Origin: Thermoproteota archaeon
GTDB taxonomy: Archaea; Korarchaeota; Korarchaeia; Korarchaeales; Korarchaeaceae
Direction: 5' to 3'
DNA length: 64,000 nucleotides
Assembly (NCBI GenBank): GCA_027491485.1
Contig: JAOZGR010000002.1
Coordinates: 75,661 to 139,660, forward strand
Part shown: in pieces, positions 46,551 to 56,411 of the stretch
Numbering within the stretch: position 1 is the first letter of the stretch
Layout of the letters: each line of letters starts with the position of its first letter
Notes under the pieces: generated by a model
Database searches by the model: none
Seen by the model: the letters and a program-made list of their open reading frames with translations, nothing else
Told to the model about the DNA's origin: nothing
Program-made: the position numbers and the translations under genes

Positions 46551-47816
46551 ATGCCCGAGAAGGAGCATGTCAACCTGATATTCGTGGGGCATGTCGACCA
46601 CGGAAAGTCTACGCTGATAGGGAGGATGTTCTTTGATCTACAGCTCGTAGAGGAGCTCCCTCCCGAGGAGCAGGCTGCCGATGCTAAGTTCGCATGGCTA
46701 GTCGACCGACTCAAGGAGGAACGAGAGAGGGGAATGACAATCGACCTATTCCACACAAAGATCGAGACTCCCCATAAGATGATAACTATAATAGATGCTC
46801 CAGGCCATAGGGACTTCGTTAAGAACATGATAACTGGAGCCAGCCAGGCCGACGCTGCTATACTCGTCGTATCAGCTAAGTCAGGCGAGGGGGTACAGGC
46901 TCAGACTATAGAGCACGTATTCCTGATAAAGACTCTAGGAGTTAATCAAATAGCAGTAGCTATATCTAAGATGGACGATCCAACTGTAAACTATAGTAAG
47001 GAGAGATTCGAGGAAGTTAAATCCCAGGTCGCCGAACTCCTCCGAAAAGTAGGCTACAATCCTGATAAGATAGCCTTTATAGCTTGCAGTGGATTGAAGG
47101 GAGATAACGTTGTGAGAAGAAGCGAGAATATGCCTTGGTACAACGGACCTACCCTCTATGAAGTGTTAGATACCTTCACAGCTCCACCTAAGCCAGTAGA
47201 TAAGCCTTTAAGAATACCCGTTCAGGACGTCTTCTCCATAACTGGTGTAGGCACTGTTATAGTTGGGAGGGTTGAGACTGGAGTAATTAAACCAGGCGAT
47301 CAGATAGTAATTGAGCCAATAGGTAAGACCGCAGAAGTTAAGAGTATAGAGATGCACCATGAGAAGTTAGATAAGGCTGAGCCCGGCGATAACATCGGTA
47401 TAAACATAAAGGGAGTGGAGAAGAAGGAGATAAAGAGGGGAGATGTTGTAGGGCATCCCAATAACCCACCCACAGTGGCTAAGGAGTTCACTGCACAGAT
47501 AGTAGTCCTGCAACACCCGACTGCTATAGCCCCTGGCTATACACCTGTGGTGCATGCGCATACCGGTCATATGGCTTGCAAGATGGTCTCCATAGAGAAG
47601 AAAATTGATCCAAGAACCGGCCAAGTCATAGAGGAGAATCCGAGTTTCATAAGAAGGGGAGAAGCTGCTATAGTCAAGTTCCAGCCCTTGAAGCCCTTCG
47701 TGATAGAGAAGTACAGCGAATTCCCGCCATTAGGTAGGTTCGCCGTCAGGGATATGGGAATCACGGTTGCTGCCGGAATAGTACTCGATGTAGTTCCAAT
47801 GGAGAGGAAGAAGTAG
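46551..47816 (+). CDS. tuf: Translation elongation factor EF-1alpha
   Basis: [54 protein letters not shown]; followed by uS10. Confidence 0.98.
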   Translation: MPEKEHVNLIFVGHVDHGKSTLIGRMFFDLQLVEELPPEEQAADAKFAWLVDRLKEERERGMTIDLFHTKIETPHKMITIIDAPGHRDFVKNMITGASQADAAILVVSAKSGEGVQAQTIEHVFLIKTLGVNQIAVAISKMDDPTVNYSKERFEEVKSQVAELLRKVGYNPDKIAFIACSGLKGDNVVRRSENMPWYNGPTLYEVLDTFTAPPKPVDKPLRIPVQDVFSITGVGTVIVGRVETGVIKPGDQIVIEPIGKTAEVKSIEMHHEKLDKAEPGDNIGINIKGVEKKEIKRGDVVGHPNNPPTVAKEFTAQIVVLQHPTAIAPGYTPVVHAHTGHMACKMVSIEKKIDPRTGQVIEENPSFIRRGEAAIVKFQPLKPFVIEKYSEFPPLGRFAVRDMGITVAAGIVLDVVPMERKK

Positions 47817-47864
47817 GTCCCTCTCAATTTTTATTTGAGGGTCTCATAGAGCGGTGGTAAGAAT

Positions 47865-48182
47865 ATGCCTGAGGTATTGAGAATTGAGATGGTAAGCACT
47901 AATCCCAAGAGTCTAGACCAGGTGAGCAGAATGTTCAAAGACATGGCAGAGAAAATGGGCGTCAGAGTTAAAGGACCTATCCCACTACCTACCAAGAGAC
48001 TAAGAATAGCAACCCTAAGGAATCCCTCGGGAGAGGGAACGAATCGCTTCGACAAATATGAACTGCGAATTCATAAGAGGATACTGGACATACCGAATCC
48101 TGACGAGAGATATATAAGGAGCATAATGGGAATTTCCATTCCAGAAGATGTGAAGATAAGTATAGTCATGCTAACAACCTAA
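47865..48182 (+). CDS. rps10: 30S ribosomal protein S10 (uS10)
   Basis: GPIPLPTK.L, R.PSGEG, ELRIHKR. Confidence 0.97.
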   Translation: MPEVLRIEMVSTNPKSLDQVSRMFKDMAEKMGVRVKGPIPLPTKRLRIATLRNPSGEGTNRFDKYELRIHKRILDIPNPDERYIRSIMGISIPEDVKISIVMLTT

Positions 48183-48242
48183 AAAACGTGCTTTTTCCGA
48201 GTACGGTACCAATTTTTAGGTTAAGTCCATCATATAATAGTG

Positions 48243-49319
48243 ATGGAAGTTCTAATACTTGCAGACGACTTCACCGGCGCTTTAGATACAGCTTCTCTCT
48301 TTGGTTATGGTACTTTTGTCCTTGTTGATCGCGGTTTTCAAGTCAAAGCTAGGGTCATAGCTGTAAGCTCGAATAGCAGGCTTTTACAGACAGAAGAAGC
48401 CAAACAAGAGGTAGCCAGTATTCTAAGCCTGTTCGAAAAACCCAGACACCTATATAAGAAGGTAGATTCTACCATGAGGGGAAATGTTGGTGCTGAGCTA
48501 GAGGTCGTTCACAAATATGCCGGTGATGCCATTCCCTTCACACCTGCTTTCCCTGAGCAGGGTAGGATGGTAAAAGAGGGGCATCTCTTCGTTTGGGGTG
48601 TTCCTCTACATGAAACACAGTATGTAGATGAGTTACCGGCTAGATCCTCAAATATCCTAGAACTGCTGAGGGTTAATTCATCTACTGAAATCGGATTTTG
48701 GAAGGAGAGAGATTCTGGCATATTAGTCTTCAGGAATGTTAGGGATAGGAGTGAGCTGAGGGAATGTTTCGAGTCTCTAGTAGGCGAAGGCTATGACTCA
48801 GTCATGGGAGGTAGCGCCGGCCTTGCCTTAGAGTTATCCTCATATATAGGATTTACTGCGCCAGACAGACCTTCTCCTGATGGACCTATTTTATTCGTGT
48901 CTGGTTCTAGAAATCCGGTGACGAGAGAGCAACTACAAGAGATATCTAGGTGGGTGGAAGTCTTAGAATTAAAAGTGGACAGTGAGATCGAAACAGTAGT
49001 AAATCTCTTAAAGGCTGGGAGAGATCTTGCAATTACTGTAGATTTAGGTGACGATGGATCAAGGCTATTGAAGGAACTAGCTCGTTGGATTATAGAGTCT
49101 AAGCAGATAGGTGGAATCGTCATTATCGGAGGAGAGACCATGAGGTATCTATTAGAGTTCCTGAGAGTTAAGGCCATTGAGATAGGCGAATCTCCAGAAG
49201 TTGGTATCTCGGCAGGGTGGATGAGGTGCGGTCCAATGGACAATACTCCCTTAGTATCAAAGGCCGGAGGGTTTGGAGGGAAAGATAGCCTTGTAAAGAT
49301 TTGGCGGTGGTTCAGATGA
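48243..49319 (+). CDS. Four-carbon acid-sugar kinase (DUF1537, DtnK/DenK-like)
   Basis: ADDFTGA.D, YKKVDST.RGN, PAFP..GR, GSAGLA, GGET, KAGGFG. Confidence 0.9.
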   Translation: MEVLILADDFTGALDTASLFGYGTFVLVDRGFQVKARVIAVSSNSRLLQTEEAKQEVASILSLFEKPRHLYKKVDSTMRGNVGAELEVVHKYAGDAIPFTPAFPEQGRMVKEGHLFVWGVPLHETQYVDELPARSSNILELLRVNSSTEIGFWKERDSGILVFRNVRDRSELRECFESLVGEGYDSVMGGSAGLALELSSYIGFTAPDRPSPDGPILFVSGSRNPVTREQLQEISRWVEVLELKVDSEIETVVNLLKAGRDLAITVDLGDDGSRLLKELARWIIESKQIGGIVIIGGETMRYLLEFLRVKAIEIGESPEVGISAGWMRCGPMDNTPLVSKAGGFGGKDSLVKIWRWFR

Positions 49320-50266
49320 TTATAGCTGTTACCATGGGGGATCCGGCAGGAGTAGGTCCCGAGGTTATAGTTAAGGCCTTATCAAAGAGATATTTCCCTG
49401 TAGTTATCATTGGAAGTATAGAAAGGTTGAGAGAGGCCGCTGAGCTATGTCAAGCTGATCTCAAGTTCGTGGAAGTTAGAGAACCTAAACTCTTAGAGGA
49501 CGCGATAGGAGTGATAGACCTAGGTGGAAAGGTACCAGAGGGCGTAGCAACTGCTGAAGGAGGGAGATATTCCTACAGATATATAGTGAGGGCCTCTGAC
49601 TTGGTGATGAATGGAAAGGTCGATGCTATAGTTACAGGCCCCGTCAATAAGAGAGCAGTTAATTTAGCCGGAATACCCTTCACTGGACACACAGAACTCC
49701 TAGCTAAGCTAGCTGGGGGCGTGAAGACTAAAATGCTGCTTTATCTAGAAGAACTTAGGGTTAGTCATGTAACCACGCACATACCACTCAAGGAAGTTCC
49801 AATGAGTATATCACAAGATGAGATAATTCTGACGGTCGAGCTGACTGCATCCTTCTTGAGGAGATTAGGAGAAGAGCCAAAAATAGGCATAGCTGCCCTA
49901 AATCCTCATGCCAGTGATGGAGGAATTATAGGTAATGAGGATCTTGAGATAATAGGTCCTGCTATTAAGGAGCTCACAAGGATGGGCTACAATGTAAGTG
50001 GACCAATACCTTCAGATGTAGTATTCCTCAAGGCATTACACGGAGAATATAATGCCGTTGTAGCGATGTATCACGACCAAGGACATATTCCAGTGAAATT
50101 GTTAGGTTTTAATAGGGCCGTGAATGTGACTTTAGGCCTTCCATACGTAAGAACGTCGGTAGATCATGGTACGGCCTATGATATAGTTGGGAAGTGTATA
50201 GCTGACGAAGGTAGTATGCTTAATGCTTTGTATCTCGCAGAGAGAATGGTAGTGGGGGGAATATGA
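49316..50266 (+). CDS. pdxA: PdxA-family dehydrogenase (PdxA2-type, 4-phospho-threonate/erythronate)
   Basis: TMGDPAGVGPE, GHTE, LNPHA, AMYHDQGHIP.K, RTSVDHGTA.DI; ATGA overlap with the kinase. Confidence 0.93.
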   Translation: MIIAVTMGDPAGVGPEVIVKALSKRYFPVVIIGSIERLREAAELCQADLKFVEVREPKLLEDAIGVIDLGGKVPEGVATAEGGRYSYRYIVRASDLVMNGKVDAIVTGPVNKRAVNLAGIPFTGHTELLAKLAGGVKTKMLLYLEELRVSHVTTHIPLKEVPMSISQDEIILTVELTASFLRRLGEEPKIGIAALNPHASDGGIIGNEDLEIIGPAIKELTRMGYNVSGPIPSDVVFLKALHGEYNAVVAMYHDQGHIPVKLLGFNRAVNVTLGLPYVRTSVDHGTAYDIVGKCIADEGSMLNALYLAERMVVGGI

Positions 50267-51504
50267 GGGAGTTTTCTCTACCTTATGGGAAGGTGAGTCT
50301 CTCCTTCTCCTTACCTGATGATGTCAATGTCTATGAGATAGAACCAAATGCAGTTAATCCCCTTCCTAATGTCAAAGAGGAGATTATGCGGTCGTTAAAA
50401 TCTTTAGATATGATAGTTAGGGCAGGAAGGAAAGTCGCTATAGTTGCTGACGACATAACTAGACCTACACCCACTAGGGAGATTCTACCACCACTATTGG
50501 ACTATTTGAATGATAAGGGGGTTAGGGACGATGATATCACTTTGTTAGTGGCATTAGGGACCCATAGACCCATGAAACAGCAAGAGCTAGTTGATAAGTA
50601 TGGTGAAGCCATGGATAGGGTAGAAGTTATCCAACCCGACTTCAGAGACCCGGAGAAGCTCGTTAAAGTTGGAGTGATGCCGAATGGATCGCCAATAGAG
50701 GTTAACGAGGAAATTGAGAGGGCCGATATTGCCATAGGAGTCGGGATGATAGTGCCACATCACGTATCCGGCTTCTCAGGTGGCTCGAAGATCATTCTCC
50801 CTGGAATTTCTGGTGAAAAGACCGTTGGTGAGATGCATCTACTTAGCGCCAGACTCAGAAGGAGTTTTCTAGGCATAGAGAAGAATCAGGTGAGAGATCT
50901 CATGGATATTGTAGCAGAAAGGGCGAAGCTCAGGGGCTTAATAAATGTCGTAGTGGATGGTACCGGTAATGTCACTTGGATAGGAGCTGGGACGGTTAGC
51001 GAAGTATTCAGAGAGGGAGTAAGAGAAGCAAGGAAGGTATATGAAGTGAAAACTCCATCGAATCTAGATCTTGTTATTGCTAGCAGCTATCCAGCTGATA
51101 TAGAGTTCTGGCAGGCACATAAGTCTCTATATCCAGCAGACATGGTCTTAAGGGAAGGAGGAACCTTAATACTGCTTACTCCCTGTCCTGAGGGAGTGGC
51201 AAGAACACACCCCGAGGTCTTAGAGCTGGCGAGATTAGCGCCTGAGGAGATAGACAAGAAGGTTAGAAGTGGTCTAGTAAGCGACCCTGTCGGTGCCGCT
51301 AACTCGATGGTATGGTCGAAGATCAGATCTAGGATAAAGGTTGTCCTGGTATCTGAGGGAATATCTGAGCAAGAAGCTAGATCTCTTGGCTTTGGGTGGT
51401 ATGGTGACTTACAGGGAGCTATAGATAGAGAGATCAGTAAATTCGAGAAACCCAGAGTCGGGGTAATGAGAAATGCTCCCGAGTTGCTTCCCAACATTAA
51501 ATAA
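50263..51504 (+). CDS. larA: LarA-family nickel-pincer-dependent 2-hydroxyacid racemase/epimerase
   Basis: DDITRPTP, ALGTHR, PH..SGFSGGSK.I.PG, WQA.K, CPEG. Confidence 0.88.
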   Translation: MREFSLPYGKVSLSFSLPDDVNVYEIEPNAVNPLPNVKEEIMRSLKSLDMIVRAGRKVAIVADDITRPTPTREILPPLLDYLNDKGVRDDDITLLVALGTHRPMKQQELVDKYGEAMDRVEVIQPDFRDPEKLVKVGVMPNGSPIEVNEEIERADIAIGVGMIVPHHVSGFSGGSKIILPGISGEKTVGEMHLLSARLRRSFLGIEKNQVRDLMDIVAERAKLRGLINVVVDGTGNVTWIGAGTVSEVFREGVREARKVYEVKTPSNLDLVIASSYPADIEFWQAHKSLYPADMVLREGGTLILLTPCPEGVARTHPEVLELARLAPEEIDKKVRSGLVSDPVGAANSMVWSKIRSRIKVVLVSEGISEQEARSLGFGWYGDLQGAIDREISKFEKPRVGVMRNAPELLPNIK

Positions 51505-51513
51505 ATGAAGAAA

Positions 51514-51603
51514 TGGCGCCGGGGGAGGGATTTGAACCCTCGCGGCCCGGTGGGCCACCCGCTCTCAAGGCGGGCACCTTGGTCCTGGCTCGGCCACCCC
51601 GGC
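51514..51603 (-). tRNA. tRNA-Ser(TGA), CCA encoded, no intron
   Basis: Acceptor GCCGGGG/CCCCGGC, anticodon arm CCCGC-CTTGAGA-GCGGG, long variable arm, TTCAAAT T-loop, discriminator G followed by CCA. Confidence 0.97.
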
Positions 51604-51640
51604 CTATATAAAAAAGGATACTCCGGAATATATAAGGAGG

Positions 51641-52039
51641 TTACTTCAGTGGGACGAACTTACTTGATCTGGTAGCGCCCTTACCCGGTCTTCCATGTCT
51701 AACTATCCTGTTAGTCATCGCAAATTCTCCTAAGTAATGTCCGATCATCTCAGGTACTATTTTTACTTCTACAAACTCTTTTCCATTGTGGACAGCTATT
51801 CTAGCTCCAACCATCTCGGGTAATACCGGCATATCTCTTCTATGAGTTCGGATTACCTTATCTATCCCCTTATTCTTGTATTTCCTGACCTTCTCCAGTA
51901 GCTTGAGATTCTCAGGAGAGAGACCTCTTCTCAGAGTCCTCCTTATTCTAGCTGGCATTACCTCAGCTAGCTCATCAAGAGTCATATTTTGTAACTCTTC
52001 TAACGTATATCCCCTATATCTGAACTCCCTTGATGACAT
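51641..52039 (-). CDS. rps19: 30S ribosomal protein S19 (uS19)
   Basis: [39 protein letters not shown]; ATG 52039 with GAGGTG SD. Confidence 0.97.
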   Translation of the reverse strand: MSSREFRYRGYTLEELQNMTLDELAEVMPARIRRTLRRGLSPENLKLLEKVRKYKNKGIDKVIRTHRRDMPVLPEMVGARIAVHNGKEFVEVKIVPEMIGHYLGEFAMTNRIVRHGRPGKGATRSSKFVPLK

Positions 52040-52095
52040 AATCTTCCACCTCAACAATGTATAACGAGAAATAAAAATTTGGGGTTAGCCTAGTA

Positions 52096-52830
52096 TTACA
52101 GTCCGGCCCTCCTCTTGGCCCTTCCTGTCTTTTTAGCAGCTATATGACCGACCTTCTGGCCAGGTGGTGCTGTTCTAGCCACGGTAGTTGGTTTACCTGG
52201 TCTTTTATGAGATCCACCTCCATGGGGATGGCTTACTGGGTTCATGGCAACGCCTCTTACCACGGGCCATCTCTTTGGATGCGTCCTCTCATGGTAATAT
52301 TTGAGCCCTGCCTTCATGAATGGTTTCTCTATCCTACCGCCACCAGCTACTATTCCTATAGTAGCTCTACAGCTACCATCCACTATTTTCTCCTTCCTAG
52401 AGGGTAGCCTCAGTACAACTTTATCTCCATCGTGAGAGAATACTAAGGCATAAGTACCACTTCTCCTAGCTATCTTACCCCCATCACCCGGCCTTATCTC
52501 CACATTAGAAACCAGAGTTCCATCCGGGATCTGAGAGAGTGGAAGTATATTCCCGGTTCTGATTTCGGCTCCAGGACCGATCTCTATTTCCTGGCCCTCA
52601 TAGATTCCCTCTGGTGCTACATAGTAGAATTTTGTACCATCTTCTAGCTCAATGAGAGAGATGGGTGTGTGCCTGCCTGGCTCGTGGAGGATTCCCTTGA
52701 CAACGCCCCTAACAACGGTCTTTAATCCTATTTGCGGTGGATATCTGGCCGGGGCTATCTTCAGATGAGCCCTAGATCTGAATTGTATACCTCCCCTACC
52801 CTTCCTCTGAACAAGGATACGTTTACCCAT
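52096..52830 (-). CDS. rpl2: 50S ribosomal protein L2 (uL2)
   Basis: MGKRI..QRKG, VRGVAMNPV.HPHGGG, PPGQKVG.IAA. Confidence 0.98.
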   Translation of the reverse strand: MGKRILVQRKGRGGIQFRSRAHLKIAPARYPPQIGLKTVVRGVVKGILHEPGRHTPISLIELEDGTKFYYVAPEGIYEGQEIEIGPGAEIRTGNILPLSQIPDGTLVSNVEIRPGDGGKIARRSGTYALVFSHDGDKVVLRLPSRKEKIVDGSCRATIGIVAGGGRIEKPFMKAGLKYYHERTHPKRWPVVRGVAMNPVSHPHGGGSHKRPGKPTTVARTAPPGQKVGHIAAKKTGRAKRRAGL

Positions 52831-52835
52831 TCATA

Positions 52836-53108
52836 TCACCCTAATATACCTAGCTTAGCTGCGATATCGGATGCCCTATATTCGGGACTTAGTTTGACGT
52901 AAGCCTTCTTCCTTCCATCTATCGTTATCAATGTCCAGACCCTTTCTACCTCAACATCCAGAGCCTCCTCTACTGCCCTCTTTATCTCTTTCTTATTAGC
53001 ACGCCTGTCTACATAGAAAGCTAATTTGTTCTCCTCATCTATCATCCTAACAACCTTCTCCGTTGAGATAGGAGCTTTCAAAATTTTGTAGGGATCGAAT
53101 TTAGACAA
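52836..53108 (-). CDS. rpl23: 50S ribosomal protein L23 (uL23)
   Basis: P..TEK, NKL.F.V...ANK..IK.AVE, KKAYVKL. Confidence 0.96.
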   Translation of the reverse strand: MSKFDPYKILKAPISTEKVVRMIDEENKLAFYVDRRANKKEIKRAVEEALDVEVERVWTLITIDGRKKAYVKLSPEYRASDIAAKLGILG

Positions 53109-53892
53109 GGCCCATCACCTCCTCTACTGACCTAAGGGCACCTTCAGTCCAGATGGTGAGTCTCCCAGGAGTACCACCAGGAGCCAGATGTATCACGCTG
53201 AGATTTCTGAGTGCTACAATATCTACTCCAGGAATATTTCTCGCAGCTCTAGCTATGGGTGACCCCTCATTGAGGTATATGATCAGTGGTCCCCTAGCCC
53301 TTTGTCTCAGTCTCCCCCTCATCTTACCTCTTCCAGCCCTTATCTTTCTAAACCTCCTTTTAGCTCTATCTAGCTCGTCTTTTAATCCCAACTTGGTTAA
53401 GAGGGAATATACTTGGGATGTCTTCTTAACTCCCTCTAGGCTATCCTCGACGACTAGTGGTACATGCTCTACGGAGTCAACTCTATGTCGTGATTTTACT
53501 AAGTCAAGGCGAGATACAGCGGCTATCGCCGAGAGTATCGCTAATCTCCTCTCTCTCTTGTTTACTCTCTCCCAGATGACCTTCCAAGACCTTGGAGCCG
53601 TTGTCTTTGCACCCCCAACCACCATTACAGCTCTAGCAGCTCTACTTGCAGCTGGATAACCTCTTCCCTTCACCCTAGGGACTCTAGCTACACCATGGCC
53701 TGCCCCCCAAGACTCAGCAGATGTCCTAAGTCCAGCTAATGGGTCTCTGCCTTGGGGCTGAATCCTAGCAGTTAATTGGGATAGGTACGTTCTTCTTATC
53801 ACATCTGGTCTGACTTCCATACTGAATATGAGAGGTAGCTCTATTTCACCGACTTTTTCGCCCTCTAAGTTGAATACTGGGACTGAATTCAT
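53101..53892 (-). CDS. rpl4: 50S ribosomal protein L4 (uL4)
   Basis: [36 protein letters not shown]; ATG 53892 with GAGGTGA SD. Confidence 0.97.
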   Translation of the reverse strand: MNSVPVFNLEGEKVGEIELPLIFSMEVRPDVIRRTYLSQLTARIQPQGRDPLAGLRTSAESWGAGHGVARVPRVKGRGYPAASRAARAVMVVGGAKTTAPRSWKVIWERVNKRERRLAILSAIAAVSRLDLVKSRHRVDSVEHVPLVVEDSLEGVKKTSQVYSLLTKLGLKDELDRAKRRFRKIRAGRGKMRGRLRQRARGPLIIYLNEGSPIARAARNIPGVDIVALRNLSVIHLAPGGTPGRLTIWTEGALRSVEEVMGLV

Positions 53893-53897
53893 GCTAT

Positions 53898-54905
53898 TCA
53901 CCTCTTTATCCACCCTATAGAACTAACATAACTTATCTCGGGTTCTGGAAGCTCATCGTATCTCGGTCTTATTGGATGTCTCATAAATACAAATCTCTTC
54001 GCAGGCCCCGGAACAGATCCCGATAGCACAACGTACTGGCTCTTTAAGATTCCATAGTTCTTAAACCCACCCTTAGGTGTAATATCTATGTGGCCCTCCT
54101 CGCTGAGATCGCCCATCATGAGTATCCTCTTGTTGTACTCTGTCCTTTTATGGTAACCATACTGACCGGCCCTAGGTACCCTCCATGTTACATAAGGCGG
54201 GTGTCTAGAGCCTAAGCTTCCGACCCTCCATCTACCCTTCCCGGCCTTGTGTCTTAATAGTTCCACGCCAAATCTCCTGACTACTCCCTGCCAACCATGA
54301 CCTTTCGTAACAGCCGTGACATCCACTAGCTGACCAACCCTGAAGACCTCAGTTACCTTCATTTGAGTACCCACGAGCGACTTGGCCAGCTCTATTCGCT
54401 CCTCCATGGACCCACCTTTAATCGGTATCTCTAGGAACTCCGGTTTCTTTTTGTGAATGCCTGCTAAGTCAGGTCGAGTATACGCCAATATCCTTACCTC
54501 TTCTGTTTGATCTATGCTTGCCTCGACCTTTGATAGCGCCTCATCTAAGTTATCAACACCATCTCCTACTGTGAGGGTTCTAGAAATTACGTCATTTTTA
54601 TCTATTCTTATCACAGTAGTTATGGGTTTCAGCCCATAGTAGGTTCCCTTATAGGGTCTAAACCCAACAATTTGTATGGGAGGGGTTTCTATCACTGTAG
54701 AGGCAAGTACGACAGGCTGTCCTATGTTTAACTTCCCCGGTCTATCCTCTTTCATGAGAATATGTACCATTCCTACCTTATAGCCTGGGAAAGCTACTAG
54801 AGTTGGCTGTTCAAGGGATAGTTCAGGGTATGATCTAAATACAGCCTTCTGAGTCCTAGCCCTCTTCCTAGGACTGAACTGTAGCGAACCATGTCTCCTT
54901 GGCAT
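53898..54905 (-). CDS. rpl3: 50S ribosomal protein L3 (uL3)
   Basis: PR.GSL.F.PRKR, GYKVGM.H, VTKG.G.QG.V.R, RAGQ.GYH.RTEYNK, GSVPGP.KR. Confidence 0.97.
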   Translation of the reverse strand: MPRRHGSLQFSPRKRARTQKAVFRSYPELSLEQPTLVAFPGYKVGMVHILMKEDRPGKLNIGQPVVLASTVIETPPIQIVGFRPYKGTYYGLKPITTVIRIDKNDVISRTLTVGDGVDNLDEALSKVEASIDQTEEVRILAYTRPDLAGIHKKKPEFLEIPIKGGSMEERIELAKSLVGTQMKVTEVFRVGQLVDVTAVTKGHGWQGVVRRFGVELLRHKAGKGRWRVGSLGSRHPPYVTWRVPRAGQYGYHKRTEYNKRILMMGDLSEEGHIDITPKGGFKNYGILKSQYVVLSGSVPGPAKRFVFMRHPIRPRYDELPEPEISYVSSIGWIKR

Positions 54906-55060
54906 TTCAAGCACCTCAATAACTTTCCATCAGAAGACCTAGTTGGGGGTTTATTAAAGTTTGGTATCTCCTCAGAAGGGGTAATCAGGGAAGTGTGGTC
55001 ATATATGGTTTATATGGACCCTCCAGAATAGGTAGTAATTAGGTATTCTGCTGTGCCAAT

Positions 55061-55480
55061 TTATATGTCAAGAACTACCGTAGCTCGCCAGATGTCTCCC
55101 TCCTTTACCACTTTGAGCTTATAATATGTAATGGCCTTCACCTCAGTTTTTGGGCTGTGCTTGGAAGGATCTATCTTTTCTCCCATAGCTCTCCCGAAGA
55201 GTTTGGAGCCGTCTATATTCACTTCAAACTTAGAGAAGACCAGTCCATCGACGTCGGTAATGAATAGAAGTTCTGACAGCCACTCATGAAGGAGGAGATC
55301 TAACTGATCTGATTTTACTCCTATCTCCCTTACTTCAATTGGTTCTACCTTACTAGTATCTACCATAACTTCATACATAGCAAGAGCTGCCTCTTCAAAT
55401 AGAGCATTGAGATCATCTGCCCACACCTCGAAGCCTACATCGGCTTCAACTTCAATTAGCCTTCTACCCAGAGAAATCAC
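55061..55480 (-). CDS. Archease
   Basis: ADV..EV......LFEEA..AM, LL..WLSELL, EVKAITY, V.LDI C-terminus. Confidence 0.92.
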   Translation of the reverse strand: MISLGRRLIEVEADVGFEVWADDLNALFEEAALAMYEVMVDTSKVEPIEVREIGVKSDQLDLLLHEWLSELLFITDVDGLVFSKFEVNIDGSKLFGRAMGEKIDPSKHSPKTEVKAITYYKLKVVKEGDIWRATVVLDI

Positions 55481-56358
55481 CTCGGAGGGAGAACTATTAT
55501 ATAACTGTCATCTACTCTGGCTGTTCTTGTTCTCCACGAGGGCTTTAGTGCATCAAATATGTAGATGTAACCGTCTTTCCTCACGATCTTACTGATAAAA
55601 GCATCCGCTGGAAAGGAGATATTGTTCTCATTGGCTAAAGCAGTTGTTTTCAAAGTTATAATCCCTGTAGACAGATAAGATACCTCTATAGAGGCCCTTC
55701 CTAACTTAATAGTAGAAGAATCTCCTGGAACAAGAGTCGTAGAGTTAAGGAGAAGCGTACCATTTCTATATAGAGTTATATTGCCGAATACCTTGTGTAG
55801 TCTTTTCATATCAGTGCTATCGCTCAAGCTGTAGGTACCTTCTATTAGGACAGTGTTGTTCTTATACAGCACCACCCTAGTTCTTCTAAGATTTACCTCT
55901 ACATAGTTCCCTAAGTCCTTTGCATAGGTACCTACCAGCATGTCTTCTATTTTGTTGTCAGTAGTTAGATTCAGGAGGACGGCGTTGTAACCAACTAGAG
56001 ATGCTTCATTTGGCCCGATTACCCTGTCCTCCATAGTTTGTAATGGGAATATACCACTTTGACCAGCTCTGACAACATACATAGGCACACCAGGACCTAC
56101 TAAGTTTATTACAAGCGTCCAGACGAGCAATAGTGCTAGAATGGAGGAGCCTAAGCCCTCCCTGTATATCTTCATGAGGCCCATCTCCCTCAGGTCCCTT
56201 CCCCATAGCCTGAGGGATATCGGTGTCACTAGAAAGTACGTCAATAGAAAGAGACTTAGTCCTTCTAGTGGGCCAAGATTGATCAGTCCGCTCAATAGAC
56301 CAACCAAAGAAGAAATAGCCAGTCTGAAATAGTAGATCTTGGATTTGGCATTCATCAT
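55477..56358 (-). CDS. Membrane protein: EMC6/Rab5ip-like three-TM domain fused to a beta-rich, sequon-bearing domain
   Basis: Y.R...S...G..SG.I.L....G...F....EGL.....L.WTL..NL pattern in the first ~85 aa; remainder soluble with several NxT/S. Confidence 0.6.
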   Translation of the reverse strand: MMNAKSKIYYFRLAISSLVGLLSGLINLGPLEGLSLFLLTYFLVTPISLRLWGRDLREMGLMKIYREGLGSSILALLLVWTLVINLVGPGVPMYVVRAGQSGIFPLQTMEDRVIGPNEASLVGYNAVLLNLTTDNKIEDMLVGTYAKDLGNYVEVNLRRTRVVLYKNNTVLIEGTYSLSDSTDMKRLHKVFGNITLYRNGTLLLNSTTLVPGDSSTIKLGRASIEVSYLSTGIITLKTTALANENNISFPADAFISKIVRKDGYIYIFDALKPSWRTRTARVDDSYIIVLPPR

Positions 56359-56411
56359 AATCCCAAGTACTAAGTGAATATATAAACTGGGTGGGAGTTT
56401 CCAAGGTACCG

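Noticed and set aside
48183-51513. Integrated element at tRNA-Ser carrying the kinase-pdxA-larA genes
   Set aside because: No integrase and no duplicated tRNA 3' end found near 48183-48240; composition looks like the host.
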